IMG/VR virus record: IMGVR_UViG_3300025892_000002
DNA from: a virus
DNA: 56,129 bases
Reading direction: 5' to 3' (one strand)
Shown: positions 52,252-56,129 of the stretch, in pieces
Position numbering within the stretch: the first letter of the stretch is position 1
Layout: every line of letters begins with the position of its first letter
The notes under the pieces: model-generated
Seen by the model: the letters and a program-made list of their open reading frames with translations, nothing else
What the model was told of the DNA's origin: nothing
Database searches by the model: none
Made by a program: the position numbers and the translations under genes

Positions 52252-52349
52252 GGTTTATTCCTTTGTTTTAAAATATTTTAGCTCTGTAGTGAGGCAGGAG
52301 TGCCCTCTAACACCCTTTGGTATACCATAGTACCCTAGAGAACCACATG

Positions 52350-52733
52350 TTAGTAGCTCCACACCCAAGGTCTAGCAACAAGGGGACTAATATCCATAGT
52401 GTCTAAATGAATAAATCGTGCACCATGAGGACCTTTTTGACTCACACCTATACCAGTAAACCCTTCTTCAATAGCTAACTGTATAATTTTAAAAGCTTTG
52501 TCTCCATAACACGCTATATCTACAGCTTTACCTTCTACATGTGCAGAACTTTTAGATCCTCCTACTCTATCATTATGTTCAGGGTCTCTATAGCCAGATG
52601 TAATAGTCATGGGTGCACTAAGTTTCTCACGTATAGCTACAAGCTTAGTCATGAAGTCTTCATCCATATGTACATTACCTGAACCTTTACATCTCATCTC
52701 ATCTTCAGTAAAGTATATCCATCTTTTATGCAT
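52350..52733 (-). CDS. Peptidase M15-family endolysin, 127 aa
   Basis: SGYRDPEHNDRVGGSKSSAHVEGKAVD and FIHLD zinc-ligand motifs; ATG 52733 (TAATG overlap) preferred over the track start 52751. Confidence 0.8.
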   Translation of the reverse strand: MHKRWIYFTEDEMRCKGSGNVHMDEDFMTKLVAIREKLSAPMTITSGYRDPEHNDRVGGSKSSAHVEGKAVDIACYGDKAFKIIQLAIEEGFTGIGVSQKGPHGARFIHLDTMDISPLVARPWVWSY

Positions 52734-52993
52734 TAATGTTTCTCCATCCACCTATCTAGTTTAGCTTCTAACTTATCAAATCTTGTTAGTATCTTTCCTA
52801 TCTCACTATTTACTTCAGCTTTAGTTGCATAATTAATTGCTAGATGTTCTCTAGTTTTTGCATCTTCTAAAGCATGGTTTCTTAAATCTCTTCTTAGTAC
52901 ATTGATAGAATTATTTGTACCTTTAATCCACCATAAGAATGCACCTACAGCTAATGTAAGTATAGCATTCCAAAGCATAGTCATATCTTCCAT
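52733..52993 (-). CDS. TM + coiled-coil protein, 86 aa (holin/lysis-regulator candidate)
   Basis: TM LWNAILTLAVGAFLWWI followed by a charged helix. Confidence 0.35.
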   Translation of the reverse strand: MEDMTMLWNAILTLAVGAFLWWIKGTNNSINVLRRDLRNHALEDAKTREHLAINYATKAEVNSEIGKILTRFDKLEAKLDRWMEKH

Positions 52994-52997
52994 TGTC

Positions 52998-55900
52998 TTA
53001 ATCCTCTTCGTTTATTTTAGAACCTGTTGTTGCTTCATCCATTTTTTGAAAGTACTCTACTGGTAAATTTATACCTAATTTTTTTAATTTTTTTTGATAA
53101 TTGTCTATATCACTAGAAGTTAACTTAGAAGGTGTATGCATATTTAATCCTATATTAACTAATATATCTATATTATTATTATTTCTTAAATTCTTTACAA
53201 TATCTTCCATAGAAAAACCTAAAGTTTTATAAGCTTCTACATACATACGTATGTTTTTTTCATCTCTTAATATACGTAACTCATCTGATTTCTTAGCGTT
53301 CTTTAAATCTTGTTCAGTAGTAACAGCTCTATCACCTGCAAAATTTCTACCAAACTTTTTTAATTTAAGTATAGGACCATCTATACCTTTTAATAACTGA
53401 GAAAGTTTTTTATTTTTATTTATATTATTTAAATCATAACCTATATTATATTTAACAGAAGAAGATAAATCTTGTAGATTAACTTTAAAACCTAGCAATG
53501 CTTTCCAGTCTGTTTGTCCAGGAACTCCTTTATATTCAGTAGATATTAAAGAATCTGATCTTCCTTTTGTTCTTTCTCCTTCAGGAATATAACCTTTTTG
53601 AGATTCAAACTCTGCTCTATTTTGTATAAATTTTCTTACACCTGGAAAAAGTAAAGCTTCACCTACACCATATACAGCAGCTCCAGGATTACCTTCATCT
53701 ACATCTTTTACTGCTTGTACTAATGAATCTGTTATTATAGATGTTCCTAAAAAAGGAGCTAAAGTTTTATCTACCATAGAAATACCTAATTTAAAAAGTT
53801 CAGGTTCATATCGTATATTTTTTATTTTTTCTAATGACATCTCATCATCATTTAATATTTTATGAGTAAACCTAGCTGCTGATTTAATAAAACTAAATGG
53901 ATCTAAACTGCCTGATGAAACACTTCTTATAACCTTTTTACCTTTATAATCTTCTACACCACTTAAATAAAATTGAGGAACATTATAATTAAAAGAAGGT
54001 CCTACTATATAAGAAGCTTCCTTTTCATCATCTGATATGCCCATCATAACTTGAGACTTTGCTTGTAGTACATCTGCACCTAAACCTGCAATAGTCATTC
54101 CACCTAAACGCCTAGCAGCTAAAGACATTAATTCAGGATTACCACTAAGTGCATCTTCAACTGTATAAGCAACTAGATTTTTAGCGACTCTTGTAGACTC
54201 AGCAGCAAATGTAGCAAAATCTCCTATAGGTTTATTCCTTAATTTTTTTAAAAACTTAGGAGCAATTAAATAATTAGGCATTAAATCTCTTGTTCTTTTT
54301 GCTGCCATTTCTTCAATCTCAATTAAAGATCTTTCTGGAAAAGCTTTTGATAAATACTTTATTGTGTTTTCAAAATGCATTATTTTATATATATCATCTT
54401 CAAGTTGATATGTATCTATAACTTTACCTAATGTTTTTTTTGTAACTTTATAAGGAGAAGTTAAAAGTTTTCTAGCTACTGAAGGTTTATCATACATATT
54501 AATACCACGTGACATTTGTTTTATGTTAGCTCTAATAGTTTCTGTTAAAACATCACTACCTGTAATACCTAATTCCCTATATCTATTCCATTTTTGTGTA
54601 AGATTTTTAGTAGTTAAACCAGATAGTTTAGAACCAACAAATGTAGCAGCATTTACTGCACCTCTTGTACCAGGAATAAATCCATTAGCAGCCATAAATA
54701 TATTATTACCAAATACATTAACAGCATGTGTAGCTGGATTTAATGCAGTTAAACCTAATTGAGAAGTTGTTTTTAAAGCAAGCCATGACCTCATTGCACT
54801 ACTTTCTGTAGGATTAATAGCTTGTAACCCATCTTTTAAAGCTTGTTTATAATTAGGATCTATATATAATCCTTCTAAAGGATTTTTTATTGAACCTTTA
54901 TTAATAGGACCTTTACCAAAAATTTTAGCCAATCTTTCTTGAGCAACATCATTTGCTAATTCAAACTTTCCTACATCTTCAGGAGCAAACATTTGCTTTC
55001 CTTTTTTTATAGACTCTTTAGCTGCTCCACTATCTATCATATCTTTAGCAAGTGTTTCTAAAAAATCTACTTCTGCTTTATATACAGCTAACTTTTGATA
55101 AGCATTAACATAATTAAGATTAGGATCTTTAACTTCTCCTAAAAATGATTTAACTTTTTCATCTAATTTTTTTCTTTTAAAAAATCCTTTTGTAGTAGAA
55201 CCTGTTTTACTTGATGCTGTTCCTGCTAAGTCAGATAAGAAAGAACCAATACCATCTGGACCTTTTTGATAATTTTTTAATGCTTGATTTATATTTTCTG
55301 CTGCTTGTGCAGGTGTAAGATTCATTGTGTTAATTAAATAATCAGATATATCTCTCATACCTATATTAGATATACGATCTAATTGATTGTTAGATATATT
55401 CTTACGATTTTTTTTAAGAACACTTTTCATTTCTCTAATATAAGAAGGATTTTCAAACATCTCAAAAGTACGTGTAATATATGTTTTTAAATTATCTTGT
55501 ATAGTAACTTTTAAACCACCTGATGTTCTATTTTCTTTTAAAAAATATCCAGATAAGTCATCAATTTCTTTTCTCATACCTATAACTTTAGGCTTAACAA
55601 GAGAAGGCAGTTGAGCTAGAGCTGATTTATTTCCAGCCAATGCTTCATTAACTACAGCAATGTTTTCAACAGAATCAAATTTATCTTTCTTCATTAATTT
55701 AGATAACTCTCTACTTTCTACCACAGCAGTATCATAAGCATTTTTTGCTACAGCATTATACTTTACAAAGTTAGCTAAAACATCATCTGTCATTCCTCTT
55801 CTTGAAGTAGTAGCTGTTAAAAGTTTATTTAATTGTGTAGGTATTACTTTTTTAGTACCTGCTTTTATACCTTTATAAGTTAATGATAATCCTTTTAATC

Positions 55901-56129
55901 CTCCAAAAAAAGTTACTTCTAATCCCATATTATTTATAAAAGCTTGTACTCTTTGTTGAGCTGCTGTATCATTAGGATTAATAGCTAAACTTTCTAAAGC
56001 TAAAGTTGATTCAGGAAACTTTTCTAATAAAAAATTAACAGCATTCTCTTGTGGGTCTTCTACTATTGTAGCACTTGCAGCAAAAGCTGTACCATAGAGT
56101 GCTAAATTTTTAGCAACTGTAGCTATCCT
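52998..56129 (-). CDS. C-terminal ~1000 codons of the 1247-codon junction-spanning virion protein (56003-56129 duplicates 1-127)
   Basis: The track ORF 52998..55928 begins at an internal Met; the frame is open upstream to the window end. Confidence 0.8.
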   Translation of the reverse strand, partial: RIATVAKNLALYGTAFAASATIVEDPQENAVNFLLEKFPESTLALESLAINPNDTAAQQRVQAFINNMGLEVTFFGGLKGLSLTYKGIKAGTKKVIPTQLNKLLTATTSRRGMTDDVLANFVKYNAVAKNAYDTAVVESRELSKLMKKDKFDSVENIAVVNEALAGNKSALAQLPSLVKPKVIGMRKEIDDLSGYFLKENRTSGGLKVTIQDNLKTYITRTFEMFENPSYIREMKSVLKKNRKNISNNQLDRISNIGMRDISDYLINTMNLTPAQAAENINQALKNYQKGPDGIGSFLSDLAGTASSKTGSTTKGFFKRKKLDEKVKSFLGEVKDPNLNYVNAYQKLAVYKAEVDFLETLAKDMIDSGAAKESIKKGKQMFAPEDVGKFELANDVAQERLAKIFGKGPINKGSIKNPLEGLYIDPNYKQALKDGLQAINPTESSAMRSWLALKTTSQLGLTALNPATHAVNVFGNNIFMAANGFIPGTRGAVNAATFVGSKLSGLTTKNLTQKWNRYRELGITGSDVLTETIRANIKQMSRGINMYDKPSVARKLLTSPYKVTKKTLGKVIDTYQLEDDIYKIMHFENTIKYLSKAFPERSLIEIEEMAAKRTRDLMPNYLIAPKFLKKLRNKPIGDFATFAAESTRVAKNLVAYTVEDALSGNPELMSLAARRLGGMTIAGLGADVLQAKSQVMMGISDDEKEASYIVGPSFNYNVPQFYLSGVEDYKGKKVIRSVSSGSLDPFSFIKSAARFTHKILNDDEMSLEKIKNIRYEPELFKLGISMVDKTLAPFLGTSIITDSLVQAVKDVDEGNPGAAVYGVGEALLFPGVRKFIQNRAEFESQKGYIPEGERTKGRSDSLISTEYKGVPGQTDWKALLGFKVNLQDLSSSVKYNIGYDLNNINKNKKLSQLLKGIDGPILKLKKFGRNFAGDRAVTTEQDLKNAKKSDELRILRDEKNIRMYVEAYKTLGFSMEDIVKNLRNNNNIDILVNIGLNMHTPSKLTSSDIDNYQKKLKKLGINLPVEYFQKMDEATTGSKINEED
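56003..56129. repeat. Terminal duplication copy B (identical to 1-127)
   Basis: Direct read. Confidence 0.95.

Noticed and set aside
52252-52349. Relatively GC-rich 98-nt gap after the endolysin gene, examined for a tRNA or structured RNA
   Set aside because: There is no T-loop (GTTCRANNC) or cloverleaf. Only a 5-bp hairpin and a 13-codon ORF are present, which is insufficient evidence.
1-56129. Search for tRNA genes, CRISPR arrays, an integrase/repressor lysogeny module and a phage RNA polymerase
   Set aside because: None was seen. I found no spaced direct-repeat arrays, no tyrosine or serine recombinase motifs, and no ORF of RNAP size or motif content. The genome looks strictly lytic and dependent on host RNAP, within the limits of reading by eye.

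Overview
AT-rich 56.1-kb window that appears to be a complete, closed dsDNA phage genome. Bases 1-127 recur exactly at 56003-56129, giving a unit length of 56,002 bp, and a 1247-codon ORF reads in phase through the join.

Layout is two-armed:
- Rightward (+) arm, 30201-51365: small early ORFs, T7 gp4-like primase-helicase, family-A DNA polymerase, EndoVII/HNH-like and GIY-YIG endonucleases, a PD-(D/E)XK nuclease running in frame into a gp2.5-like SSB, a Cas4-like nuclease, class II ribonucleotide reductase, a glycosyl-/methyl-transferase cassette, a GTA-type holin and TerS.
- Leftward (-) late arm, from 29562 down through 1/56002 to 51443: TerL, an ART-like protein, portal, GroES-like protein, scaffold, HK97-like capsid, a run of Lys/Gly-rich microproteins, adaptor-like proteins, tail fibres, large internal proteins and an M15 endolysin cassette.

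I saw no phage RNA polymerase, integrase, tRNA or CRISPR array. Gene content resembles marine RNAP-less podoviruses (HMO-2011/pelagiphage-like), but that is from memory and unverified.

Most interesting observations:
1. An unlisted 24-codon late ORF that looks like the PQQ precursor peptide PqqA, with no other pqq genes present.
2. A separately promoted sugar-transfer/methylation cassette that includes a three-domain 775-aa protein.
3. A perfect 14-bp palindrome, GGTGACTAGTCACC, repeated 5 times in early intergenic spacers.
4. A nuclease ORF that runs in frame into the SSB gene across a consensus promoter and RBS.
5. A cluster of ten very basic microproteins, plus a recurrent GG-x-hydrophobic motif across late proteins.

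All functional calls rest on motifs read by eye and recalled family knowledge. No searches were run.
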